A stretch of DNA of 32,000 nt from Horticoccus luteus (GTDB taxonomy: Bacteria; Verrucomicrobiota; Verrucomicrobiia; Opitutales; Opitutaceae). Each line of letters opens with the position of its first letter. The first letter of the stretch is position 1. The notes under the pieces were generated by a model. It had not been told where the DNA came from. It ran no database searches and saw nothing but the letters and a program-made list of their open reading frames with translations. Of the stretch, positions 15,320 through 23,653 are shown piece by piece. The stretch spans positions 2,190,001-2,222,000 of the forward strand of contig NZ_CP080507.1 in assembly GCF_019464535.1 (NCBI RefSeq). Direction: 5' to 3'. Position numbers and translations under genes: made by a program.

Positions 15320-15745
15320 CCCCCGCTTCCTCCGCTACCGCCTGCAAAATTCACTTCACGAAACACCTGATCGAATAACGAATAACGATTAACGGCCCGC
15401 CCTCCGCCGTCAGTCCTCCGTCATCAGCCGTCAGACGTCCGTCATCCGCCCTCCGTCCTCCGTCATCCGCCATCCGCCGTCCGCCCTCCGCTCTCCGCCC
15501 TCCGCGCTCTCCGCGACCTCCTGTAAAATTCACTTCAGGAACGCCTGATCGAATAACGAATAACGAGTAACGGATAACGAGTAAACCGCGCTGCGCGGTC
15601 TCCGTCCTCCGCCCTCTCCGCTACCGCCTGCAAAATTTACTTCAGGAAACGCCTGATCGAATAACGAATAACGAGTAACGGATAACGATTAACGCCGCGT
15701 TGCGCGCTCCGTCCTCCGTCCTCCGTCATCCGTCGTCTGCCTTCC
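15320..15745 (+). repeat. Compound repeat spacer: three copies of a CTGCAAAATTCACTTCAGGAAACGCCTGATCGAATAACGAATAACGAnTAACGG unit alternating with C-rich heptads
   Basis: Unit copies lie at about 15325-15395, 15500-15600 and 15612-15706. 19 in-phase heptads run from 15374 to 15506. The final tract encodes the EpsI C-terminal tail and stop. Confidence 0.9.
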
Positions 15746-16450
15746 GACGTCTGGCGCGCTTCCCGCCCCCAGCCCAATCGCCCGCAGACCGCTCAGAACG
15801 CTGTCGAACGCCGGATCGCCTTTGATCTTCTCCAACGGCTGGTCGCTGGCGAGACGCACAAAATACTGCGCCGGAGGCGCAACGAACATTTGCTTAAATG
15901 CATCGCGCAACCAGCGCCACGCGGAAGGCACTTGGTTGAATCGATCGCCAAAATCGTAAAGATCGTTACCCACGAGCTGCCAATAGACCACGTACTGCAC
16001 GGTGCCGCCTGCTGCCGTGAACCGCCGAAATTCCCCGGGGCGGGTGACGCCTTCGCGATCAGCCACCGCAACGCCATGCTGAATTTCATCACACTGCCAG
16101 CCGGCCGAAGTCCAGCAGCGGTCCGGCGTATGCGAGGCCACCAGTTGCGTCGGCATTTTACCCGCATCCCAATAGGCGATATATAATGTGAAGTGATCTC
16201 CGGTTGTCGTCGTGTATTGACGAAAGAGCACGTCATCGTAACGCAGCGTCTTTTCGACGGCACCTTGCACCGCCTCTGTTTGGCCGAGAGGCACCTCCAC
16301 CGAGGTCCAACCATCCCCTCGAGTCGCAAACATTTCATCAAGACGCCTCGTCTTGCTGTCGGACGTCGCAGGCGACTGCTTCGGCAGGCACTGCACCACG
16401 ACCGCCGCGATCAGCCCCAAAGCGGTGAACAGCAGCAAAAGCTTTTTCAT
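15689..16450 (-). CDS. epsI: EpsI-family (exosortase-associated) protein
   Basis: It has an N-terminal anchor MKKLLLLFTALGLIAAVVV, followed by ...YIAYWDAGKMPTQLVASHTPDRCWTSAGWQC..., which resembles the EpsI H-x-P-x-x-C...GW core. I chose the start at 16450 because it forms an ATGA overlap with the HAD stop (16447). Confidence 0.7.
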   Translation of the reverse strand: MKKLLLLFTALGLIAAVVVQCLPKQSPATSDSKTRRLDEMFATRGDGWTSVEVPLGQTEAVQGAVEKTLRYDDVLFRQYTTTTGDHFTLYIAYWDAGKMPTQLVASHTPDRCWTSAGWQCDEIQHGVAVADREGVTRPGEFRRFTAAGGTVQYVVYWQLVGNDLYDFGDRFNQVPSAWRWLRDAFKQMFVAPPAQYFVRLASDQPLEKIKGDPAFDSVLSGLRAIGLGAGSAPDVGRQTTDDGGRRTERATRR

Positions 16451-17142
16451 GGGCGACACGGCTTCAGAAGGGCGCCCAAGGCGTCCAACGAGTCAATCTC
16501 TTGGTCTGCGGCTTCATCAGCCGTTGGCTCATACGCCGCGTGCTCGCCTCCGGACCGGCGCACGCGCACAGTTTTCCAGCCCAGCGCCCGCGGGGCGATG
16601 AAGTCCTTGCGGGGATTGTCGGCAACATACACGTAGCCCTCAGCATCGCCGGGATTCAGTCGCACGACTTCCTCAAAGCCTCTCTGAGCAGGCTTCCAAG
16701 ACTCGCGACCCCATTGGTCAGTGAATACCAGATGATCCATCCATTGAGCCAATCCAAGCGCATGCGCCTTGCGTTGCTGCACCGCCAAAAAACCGTCGCT
16801 GACGAGCGCCAGGCGAAATCGAGGCCGCGCCCAAATGAGAAACGACTCCGCTTCCGGTAGCAGTCGCAACTGCGGTTGATGCTCGCGGTAGACGGCAATT
16901 AGCTCTGCCACCCAACTGTCCGTTTTTGACTCCGTCAGTGTGGCGAGTGCTTCGTTGAAAATCCGCCCGCGCCGGCCTGCCTCGAACAAACGCTGCGCCT
17001 CCTCGGCGAACCCCGCGACCCCGCGTTCACGGACGAGCCAGGCTCCGGCGGCGCGAAATCCACTCAAGACATAATCGCGCTCGGCAAAAAGCGTATCGTC
17101 CATGTCGAGGACAACCGTGTGAATAGGCCACTTTTCAGCCAC
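16447..17142 (-). CDS. HAD-superfamily hydrolase
   Basis: The start is a GTG at 17142. Motif I is VLDMDDTLF, and the later motifs are LVSDG and ...YVADNPRKDF. Confidence 0.8.
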   Translation of the reverse strand: MAEKWPIHTVVLDMDDTLFAERDYVLSGFRAAGAWLVRERGVAGFAEEAQRLFEAGRRGRIFNEALATLTESKTDSWVAELIAVYREHQPQLRLLPEAESFLIWARPRFRLALVSDGFLAVQQRKAHALGLAQWMDHLVFTDQWGRESWKPAQRGFEEVVRLNPGDAEGYVYVADNPRKDFIAPRALGWKTVRVRRSGGEHAAYEPTADEAADQEIDSLDALGALLKPCRP

Positions 17143-17149
17143 GTGTTTC

Positions 17150-17372
17150 GATCCCGTCGTTATTGGTTATTCGGACTTGCCACCGGGAAACAGACATTCC
17201 GGCCGCGCCCATTCGTGCGCGCGGCCCATTCGTGTTACTTCGTGTGTATTCGTGGTTAAAACGCCTTGGCGCAGCGCAATCCGCACTCCGCGTTGCGGCG
17301 CGCCCGAGAAACGAATAACGCGCTCCCGATAACAGCGCGTCGCGCGCCACGAATAACGGAGCGCTTGGCGCT
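17150..17372. repeat. Repeat-containing spacer (inverted heptads, CATTCGTG block + GGTTAAAA, GC palindromes)
   Basis: cgtcgttattggttattcgg lies at 17156-17175. cccattcgtgcgcgcggcccattcgtgttacttcgtgtgtattcgtggttaaaa lies at about 17208-17261. A hairpin gagcgc-ttg-gcgctc at 17359-17373 abuts the ATP-grasp stop. Confidence 0.75.
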
Positions 17373-18344
17373 CTACACAAACACCGCGGCATCGTAACGC
17401 AGCATCGTTACGCCCTCTTTCCAGTCATCATTTGCCGTGCAGGGCAGACCCGCGACCTCTTCGAGGAGCCATTGCGAAAACCGTGCACCCGCACGATGCG
17501 CCAAGGGATAGCCGCCACCGAACCGGGCGTTCAATTCAAAAACCCCCGCCTCGCCTCTTTCGTTGACGATGGCCTGAAAGCAAAGCGCTCCGCGAGCGCC
17601 AGGCAGTGCGGCTGCGATCTGTTTTGCAGCCTTTTCCAGCGCCGGCACGCGCTCCGTCCGTCCCTTGCTCACCTCGCCGCCGCGAGTTTCGATCCGCCAG
17701 TGCGGCACGGCGCAGCGTAAAGCGCCGCGAGCATCGAAAAAAATATTCACTGTATATTCCCGCCCCAACCACTGCTCTTGCGCCAGATAATCATCTCGCT
17801 GGGCTCCGATCTGTCGCGCCTCCTCCGGAGTGCGTGCTACCGCGAGGCCGATCGAACTGCTTCCGCCTAAGGGTTTCAATATCACCGGAAACCGCCAGTC
17901 CGATGGATCCGCGAGCATATCTGCGAGTAATGCTGTGCGGGGCACGGTCACTCCGGCTGCGCCGAAGGTTGTTGCAGTCTGAAGCTTGTCTCGAGCAACG
18001 GCAACCACGGCGGGAGACGAGACAGCCACTCGAGTGCCGATGGCGGCGAATTCCGCGACGTGCTCCGCCAGAACGGAAAGCTCCGTGTCGATTGTTGGCA
18101 CTAACAGGGCCACCCGCTCTGTACGGCAGAGATCAAGCAACGTCGGCACATAGTCCGGTGCGAGGCAGCGGGGCACCATGAACCGATCGTCAGCGGCTCC
18201 GCAGGCTGCGCTCAACTCCGGCCGCAGGTCTGCCGCCATCGCACGCAGTGGCAAACCGAGTCCTGCCGCGTCCGCCCGAAAGCATCGCATCAATTCCACC
18301 CGCCGGCCAGCTGACGTAAATAAAACGGACAAGTTGGCGCTCAC
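17373..18344 (-). CDS. ATP-grasp domain enzyme
   Basis: LFTSAGRRVELMRCF..., FPVILKPLGGSSSIG, EYTVNIFFD and FELNARFGGGYPL form the ATP-grasp pattern. I prefer the GTG start at 18344, which gives a GTGA overlap with the upstream stop at 18341. The ATG alternatives at 18395 and 18440 would overlap the upstream gene by 55-100 bp. Confidence 0.7.
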   Translation of the reverse strand: MSANLSVLFTSAGRRVELMRCFRADAAGLGLPLRAMAADLRPELSAACGAADDRFMVPRCLAPDYVPTLLDLCRTERVALLVPTIDTELSVLAEHVAEFAAIGTRVAVSSPAVVAVARDKLQTATTFGAAGVTVPRTALLADMLADPSDWRFPVILKPLGGSSSIGLAVARTPEEARQIGAQRDDYLAQEQWLGREYTVNIFFDARGALRCAVPHWRIETRGGEVSKGRTERVPALEKAAKQIAAALPGARGALCFQAIVNERGEAGVFELNARFGGGYPLAHRAGARFSQWLLEEVAGLPCTANDDWKEGVTMLRYDAAVFV

Positions 18345-19498
18345 GTTTTCGCCCGTTTTAGCAAAAGGTCCGCGATACGCCGAGCGTAGCACCATGGTAG
18401 GCTCCAGCGCGAAGTAATTCCATAGCGCTCTTGCATCCACGTTTGATCGGGAAACACCGCACGAACCACGCCGCTGACGTCATCGTAGAGCAGAAAATTA
18501 AATACGATATAGCCAAGCTTGCCCCATTTTTTTTGGTTCGGGTTGAACCACCCGACCTTCTCCAGCCAGCGAAGCATAATCCTGTGTTTGCGGGGCGCAA
18601 AATTCAAGCGCTCCAACACGTCGCATGGCACCGGCGTCCCGAGAAGCTCCTTGGGAATGAGCAGCGAAAGATACACCGCGGTGCGCACCCCGATGCGCTC
18701 TACGCGAGCGCAAAACTGATCCCAGTCGATTGTGCAGCGCCGCGCGATGCGATCAACGTCCGTGTGCAGACGGAATCCCGGGGCGCGCACGAACGTATGT
18801 TTCGCCGTATGAAGACAGACCTGCAGCAAATTATCTTCCGGTCCGAGCAGCCGGACGTCCGTTCCTGTGATCGACACCGAATTCGCGATCAATTCGTCCG
18901 CCTCTGGTTCTTGCTCCGGCCGAATCCAACGCCCGGCGACAGGGCGCCACTGAAGCTCAAACCACAACGTCGAGCCGTCAGCCAGTTCAAACGTGTACTC
19001 TGCGCCCCCATGCTGTTCGGCCTCCTCGATGTCGGACATCTCGAACGGGCTCCGATTACCGAGTTCGAATCCAAGCCGTTTCATCACTTCATGTGCTCGG
19101 CGAAAATCACCCGGCGATACCAACACATCAATGTCACCCATGGGGCACCCCGCCAAGTCGGGAAACAGACCACGCGCAATACCCGAGTTTTTCAAAGCGA
19201 TAAGCGGGATGCCCTCCGTTGCCAGCGCCGTCGCGACGCGATCGAGCTGCTGCAAGTACAAGGTCAAGGTGCCACGCACCCGAGCGACGGCTTCCTGCCA
19301 CCGTGGCGCCCCTCTCGTTTCCTCCATTGCAAAACGCCGGCCGACGATGCTCTGCGCGTCTTCCCGGCACGCAAACTCCCAAAGCTCATCATCGGAAACT
19401 TCGTCGGTCCCCGCACCGAGCGGCGCGTCGGCCAAGCAATGGCAAAACAACTGCTCGACCGGCCGCAGTCTTCTCAACTTCAATTTTCGGTGAGACAT
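18341..19498 (-). CDS. Uncharacterised nucleotidyltransferase family protein (PF14907 / NTP_transf_5-like)
   Basis: LIALKNSGIARGLFPDLAGCPMGDIDVLVSPGDFRRAHEVMKRLGFE is the family core. The chosen start is the ATG at 19498 (MSHRKLKL...). Confidence 0.65.
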   Translation of the reverse strand: MSHRKLKLRRLRPVEQLFCHCLADAPLGAGTDEVSDDELWEFACREDAQSIVGRRFAMEETRGAPRWQEAVARVRGTLTLYLQQLDRVATALATEGIPLIALKNSGIARGLFPDLAGCPMGDIDVLVSPGDFRRAHEVMKRLGFELGNRSPFEMSDIEEAEQHGGAEYTFELADGSTLWFELQWRPVAGRWIRPEQEPEADELIANSVSITGTDVRLLGPEDNLLQVCLHTAKHTFVRAPGFRLHTDVDRIARRCTIDWDQFCARVERIGVRTAVYLSLLIPKELLGTPVPCDVLERLNFAPRKHRIMLRWLEKVGWFNPNQKKWGKLGYIVFNFLLYDDVSGVVRAVFPDQTWMQERYGITSRWSLPWCYARRIADLLLKRAKT

Positions 19499-20652
19499 GA
19501 GTAGATAACTTGCTCCAGTTGTTCGGCGATGACCGTCCAAGTGTAGTCTCGCATAACCATCGTGCGTGCGGCCTCGCCCATGCGGCGGCGGTCCTCCTGA
19601 CCCAGGAGCCGAAGCATAGCAGCCGTCACTGCCTTCTTCTCCGGCGCGACCACAATCCCGCAGGTGTGGCGGGCGACTTCTCGATGTAAACCGGCGCGAT
19701 CGGACAAGATGACCGGCAATCCCGACGCCATCGCTTCAAGCAGCGCAATGCTAAGTCCCTCGTAGCGCGAGGGCATCAGAAACACATCCGCATCCCTCAA
19801 CAAATCGAGTTTTGCCGTACCGCTGACCAGGCCAAGAAAGCGGACGTGAGCTTGCAACCCGAGGCGGCGGATCAGCGTTTCAATCACTGCGACATCCCCG
19901 CCCTCCGAAGGACCGGCTAGCAGGAGCATCGCTTCCGGACAAGCGGCCACGATTTGGCCGAATGATTCTACAATGAGATCAACCGCCTTCTGTTGGATGT
20001 CTATACGCCCGAGGAATAGAAAGAGCGTGCGATCCGCTAATTCAGGATTGAGGGCACGAAATCCTCCCCGCTGAGGTAAGACCGCAAATTCATCTGCTGA
20101 AATACCATTGTTTAAAACAAGTCCGTTCTGAGAGTAGAGGGAATCGTCCAATTCCTCCTCCGCATTGAACACCACATGCTTCGCCCCCCGTAGGTTCGCG
20201 TTTTCCATTAATGCGAGATAGGCGCGCTTGGCGAGTCCACTGCTGGCGCGCAGGGAATCGCGCTTCAAACTACCATGCGCATACACGAGATACGGCTTTC
20301 CCGCTCGTCTAGCCGCTCGCGCTCCAACCCATCCTGCATATTGAAAATGTGAATGTGCAATTACGACGTCACTCCGGAGCACAAGTTGCTCGACCCGTCG
20401 ACCTAATGGCGGCGAGTAGCCCCAGCGTCTGCCTCGCTGCACAGGTTCATAGTACACTTGAATCCCGTCCAACTCTACCGGAGTGTTGATCGGCACATTG
20501 AGCGCACTCTGTTCATCCGCTTGATTTGTGCAGCATACGATTACTTCGTGCCCCAGCTTGACCAACTCCTTACCCAGAGCATGTGCGACCTGCAAAGGAC
20601 CGCCAAAACGATACGCTGGAACATAATGCGAAATGGTTTGAAGAATCTTCAT
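19480..20652 (-). CDS. GT4 glycosyltransferase
   Basis: It shows MKILQTISHYVPAYRFGGPLQVAHALGKELVKLGHEV, and in the C-terminal GT1 domain ...FLMPSRYEGLSIALLEAMASGLPVI (the E-x7-E region). Confidence 0.85.
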   Translation of the reverse strand: MKILQTISHYVPAYRFGGPLQVAHALGKELVKLGHEVIVCCTNQADEQSALNVPINTPVELDGIQVYYEPVQRGRRWGYSPPLGRRVEQLVLRSDVVIAHSHFQYAGWVGARAARRAGKPYLVYAHGSLKRDSLRASSGLAKRAYLALMENANLRGAKHVVFNAEEELDDSLYSQNGLVLNNGISADEFAVLPQRGGFRALNPELADRTLFLFLGRIDIQQKAVDLIVESFGQIVAACPEAMLLLAGPSEGGDVAVIETLIRRLGLQAHVRFLGLVSGTAKLDLLRDADVFLMPSRYEGLSIALLEAMASGLPVILSDRAGLHREVARHTCGIVVAPEKKAVTAAMLRLLGQEDRRRMGEAARTMVMRDYTWTVIAEQLEQVIYSCLTEN

Positions 20653-21836
20653 CCGCGACCAGCAAGTACCAACGGGCGGAGCGCCGCCACATACTTCGCG
20701 CTGTTGTTGCGCGAAAACTGCGATTCCGCAAGGGCCCTAGCCCGCCGACGGTATTCGGCCAGCCGTTCGGGAGCATCGAGCCACTCGATCAAAATGCGCA
20801 CAATCGCGGGCGCATCGGTCGCATCGACCCTCGCGCCACAGCCGCCGTCAGCGACAATATCGGCGACCTCGCACTCTCGCGGCACAAGCGCCAGCAGCGC
20901 CGAACCGGCCGCCATCGAGTAGTAAGTCTTGCTTGGCACCATGTAGCCGGCCATTGCGTTGTCCATCGAGACCACGGCGATATCGCCCGCGGGGAGCGTC
21001 TGCGGCAGCAAGCTCTCCGGCTGAAATGGCAGCAAACGCATATTGTGAAGCCCGCGCCTTGCAATAGCTGCCTCGACCGCCCCCCACTGGGCCCCAGCGC
21101 CGATGATGAGAAATGCAAGATCGCTTCGTTCCTTGAGCAACTCCGCCGCCTGCAGGAGCCCGTCAAGATTGTGGGTATTCCCTAAGTTACCCGAATAAAG
21201 CACAACCGTACGATTACCCCATCCAAGCGATTGCAAAAATAGGTTCTCGCTCTTGGGCAGTGGACGAACAAATTCGACATCGGCCCAGTTCGGAATCACA
21301 CAGACATTGAGCTGACCTAGCCCGTTGTCTTCGGCACGGATAGTTTCGGCCATATGATCGCCGATCGTGAAGACAAACGCGGCCCGCCGCCACACAAGTC
21401 GGTTGAATTTTCGCCAGACCCAAGTAACTGGACTGCGCGGAGAAAGCCGCCCGAGTTGCACGAGCACGCCCGGATAAAGATCGTAAACCAACACGCAATA
21501 ACATTGCCCGCGCAGTACGGCGGCAAGCCATCCCAGCACCGAAAGAAACGGCGGGTTTGAAACGAAAAAGAGCACCTGGCTCCGGTCGGACCGCATAACG
21601 ACCGCCGCTGCGCGCAAAAAATAATGCAGCCAAGAGGATGACCGCCGCAGCAAACTTCTCCTATCATAGTCCGGTGCGGAGATCACCCGCAGCGAAGGAT
21701 CCAAAGAGCGGCCGATCTCCGCCAGATGCCCCGTCACTAGCTCGGCGCCACCGACCTCGCGCGCCACATCCTCGGCAAGTTCGCGAAAAAGCGGGCCTGC
21801 TACCTGATTGAAAAAAATTACGGTAGGTCCGTTCAT
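20649..21836 (-). CDS. GT4 glycosyltransferase (WcaI-like), insertion-free paralog of 6470..7990
   Basis: Evidence is the homology listed under 6470..7990, plus ATGA overlaps at both ends. Confidence 0.8.
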   Translation of the reverse strand: MNGPTVIFFNQVAGPLFRELAEDVAREVGGAELVTGHLAEIGRSLDPSLRVISAPDYDRRSLLRRSSSWLHYFLRAAAVVMRSDRSQVLFFVSNPPFLSVLGWLAAVLRGQCYCVLVYDLYPGVLVQLGRLSPRSPVTWVWRKFNRLVWRRAAFVFTIGDHMAETIRAEDNGLGQLNVCVIPNWADVEFVRPLPKSENLFLQSLGWGNRTVVLYSGNLGNTHNLDGLLQAAELLKERSDLAFLIIGAGAQWGAVEAAIARRGLHNMRLLPFQPESLLPQTLPAGDIAVVSMDNAMAGYMVPSKTYYSMAAGSALLALVPRECEVADIVADGGCGARVDATDAPAIVRILIEWLDAPERLAEYRRRARALAESQFSRNNSAKYVAALRPLVLAGRG

Positions 21837-23002
21837 TTCAATCGGCGTAAGTAGTCGAGCGCATGGCCTAGCGATTGCAACAGCATCGCGTCTCTCGTGT
21901 TGTGACCCGACAGATGCTCGGCTAGTCGCGATTCCTCAAACTGAAGGAGTATCTCCTCAAGCCACCAGACGCCGCCATGCGCCAACCAGGCCCCGCGACT
22001 CTCCGGAGCTACTTCCAGCCGAGGTGCACTGGCCGGCACAGACGTCCAGCGGGCCAAGGTTTGCTCCCACGCCTGCAAAGCAACTGGCGCGAGCCGAATT
22101 TGCGAATCAAGCGTCGCTAGATCGTAAAGTTGCGATCGTTCACTCGCAGTCTCCCAGTCAATCACGTGGAGTCGTCTATCCTGCACAAGAATATTGGCAC
22201 CCTGAAAGTCGCCATGGGTGAAACAAACGCCAATTGGCACTGAGGCGAATTCCGCAAACCAAGACTTCCACTCACCAATGATGTTCGTCGCTTCAGGGCA
22301 CAGAGCGATTAGATCTGCACAAACTCGCGCCACATGCTCATCCAGTGAAAAGACGCTCATTGAAGGTCGATGAATCTCCGCGACGAGGCGATTCACTGCC
22401 GCTTGTCGGGCCTTCTCTTCGGCTGCAGCCGGCATTCGATTGGCGGGCGTGCCGGCGAAATACTCTTCGCGAAAGGCCAAACCCGACGTGTCAACCCCTT
22501 CGAAAGGCGGCGCCAGCTTGGTCGCCAGACCGCGCCGCGCCGTTACCTCGCGATCAAATGACAAGCGACTATACCCCGCCTTATGAATCACAGTGCTGCG
22601 GGCGCGTGCGGGTTCGATAACTCGCAAGCGGTGATTACCTCCAATGACTAGCTTGCTCTCCGCGTCCGGCACCGGCACCGAAACACCGAAGCTCACCTGC
22701 GACAGCAAGGAGCGAAATGGCGGTGTAACCGCAGCGCGCACGTAGGCCGACTGCAACCCGCGACGCCACACTGAGCGGGCAAACCCGAACTCCTGCACAA
22801 TGATGTCGAAGCAAGATGGATTCACCGCGGCCACACAGAAGAAGTTCAAGTAAATGTTGCCCTGCCAAATTTGATCCCCGGACGCCGGTTGCGCCCACCG
22901 CACGTCCACCGGTTGGCCTAATTCGGCCGACCAGTAAGGTGCGAGGGTGCGCGCCAACAATTCGCCGAACGGCTCGCGCTGCAAAAGAAGACTAACTCTC
23001 AT
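21833..23002 (-). CDS. Phosphotransferase (APH / choline-kinase-like kinase fold)
   Basis: FTHGDFQGANILVQDRRLHVIDWE matches the catalytic HGD-x4-N ... IDWE motif. The ATG at 23002 forms an ATGA overlap with the upstream stop. Confidence 0.7.
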   Translation of the reverse strand: MRVSLLLQREPFGELLARTLAPYWSAELGQPVDVRWAQPASGDQIWQGNIYLNFFCVAAVNPSCFDIIVQEFGFARSVWRRGLQSAYVRAAVTPPFRSLLSQVSFGVSVPVPDAESKLVIGGNHRLRVIEPARARSTVIHKAGYSRLSFDREVTARRGLATKLAPPFEGVDTSGLAFREEYFAGTPANRMPAAAEEKARQAAVNRLVAEIHRPSMSVFSLDEHVARVCADLIALCPEATNIIGEWKSWFAEFASVPIGVCFTHGDFQGANILVQDRRLHVIDWETASERSQLYDLATLDSQIRLAPVALQAWEQTLARWTSVPASAPRLEVAPESRGAWLAHGGVWWLEEILLQFEESRLAEHLSGHNTRDAMLLQSLGHALDYLRRLK

Positions 23003-23643
23003 ACGCCGACCTTTGCCGCGATCTCGCGCTGCACCGCTGCAATCGAGCGTTCGCAATCGATCACTTGCCAGCCACCGCCGGCCCCAAGTGCGCGATACGC
23101 ATCGTAGCGCCACGCCAGGGTCTCCGGTGAATCAGGGAAAGGTTCATCCTTCAGCCGCGAGCGCCGGGCCGACTCCGCCGGCCGCACAAGCAGCAGGAAC
23201 TGATGGGTCGGCTTCACGGCGCACTGCGCCAGCACACGCCAGAGCCACCAGTCCGCCACCTCCTCCTGCGGAAAGTTGCGCCGAAAATCCAACAGGCTGT
23301 CCTCGAGATAGCGATCGCACAGCACGGTGCGCCCCATCGCGACCCGCACACGCAGGACGAGCGCGGTGAGCAGCAGCAAGTCGAGCAGCGCCAGAGTGAG
23401 CCAAACCCTCCGCACGCGCGACGAGGCGAATGTTAGCGTGCGTTCGCTGGATGCGCCCGGCTTCGGCAACGCCTGCGGACGAAAGCGCCGCACGAGCCCT
23501 TTCAAGGCGGCAAACCCCGGGGTGTATCCGCCGCGGATCCAGACCCGCCGCACACTGGCTCCACGCCCACGCAGCGCTCGCTCGAGCAATTCGATCTGCG
23601 TCGACTTCCCCGCCCCATCTGTCCCGCTGAAAACGATCAACAT
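22999..23643 (-). CDS. Thymidylate-kinase-like P-loop NTPase
   Basis: MLIVFSGTDGAGKSTQIELLERAL and VLCDRYLEDSLLDF resemble the dTMP kinase fold, with an inserted hydrophobic segment WLTLALLDLLLLTALVL. The start is trimmed to the ATG at 23643. Confidence 0.6.
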   Translation of the reverse strand: MLIVFSGTDGAGKSTQIELLERALRGRGASVRRVWIRGGYTPGFAALKGLVRRFRPQALPKPGASSERTLTFASSRVRRVWLTLALLDLLLLTALVLRVRVAMGRTVLCDRYLEDSLLDFRRNFPQEEVADWWLWRVLAQCAVKPTHQFLLLVRPAESARRSRLKDEPFPDSPETLAWRYDAYRALGAGGGWQVIDCERSIAAVQREIAAKVGV

Positions 23644-23653
23644 TATCCGATTT

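Noticed and set aside
17359-17373. Hairpin gagcgc-ttg-gcgctc at the ATP-grasp stop, considered as an intrinsic terminator
   Set aside because: The stem is only 6 bp, no T-run follows on the minus strand, and the downstream HAD/EpsI genes are probably co-transcribed. I kept it only as part of the repeat spacer description.
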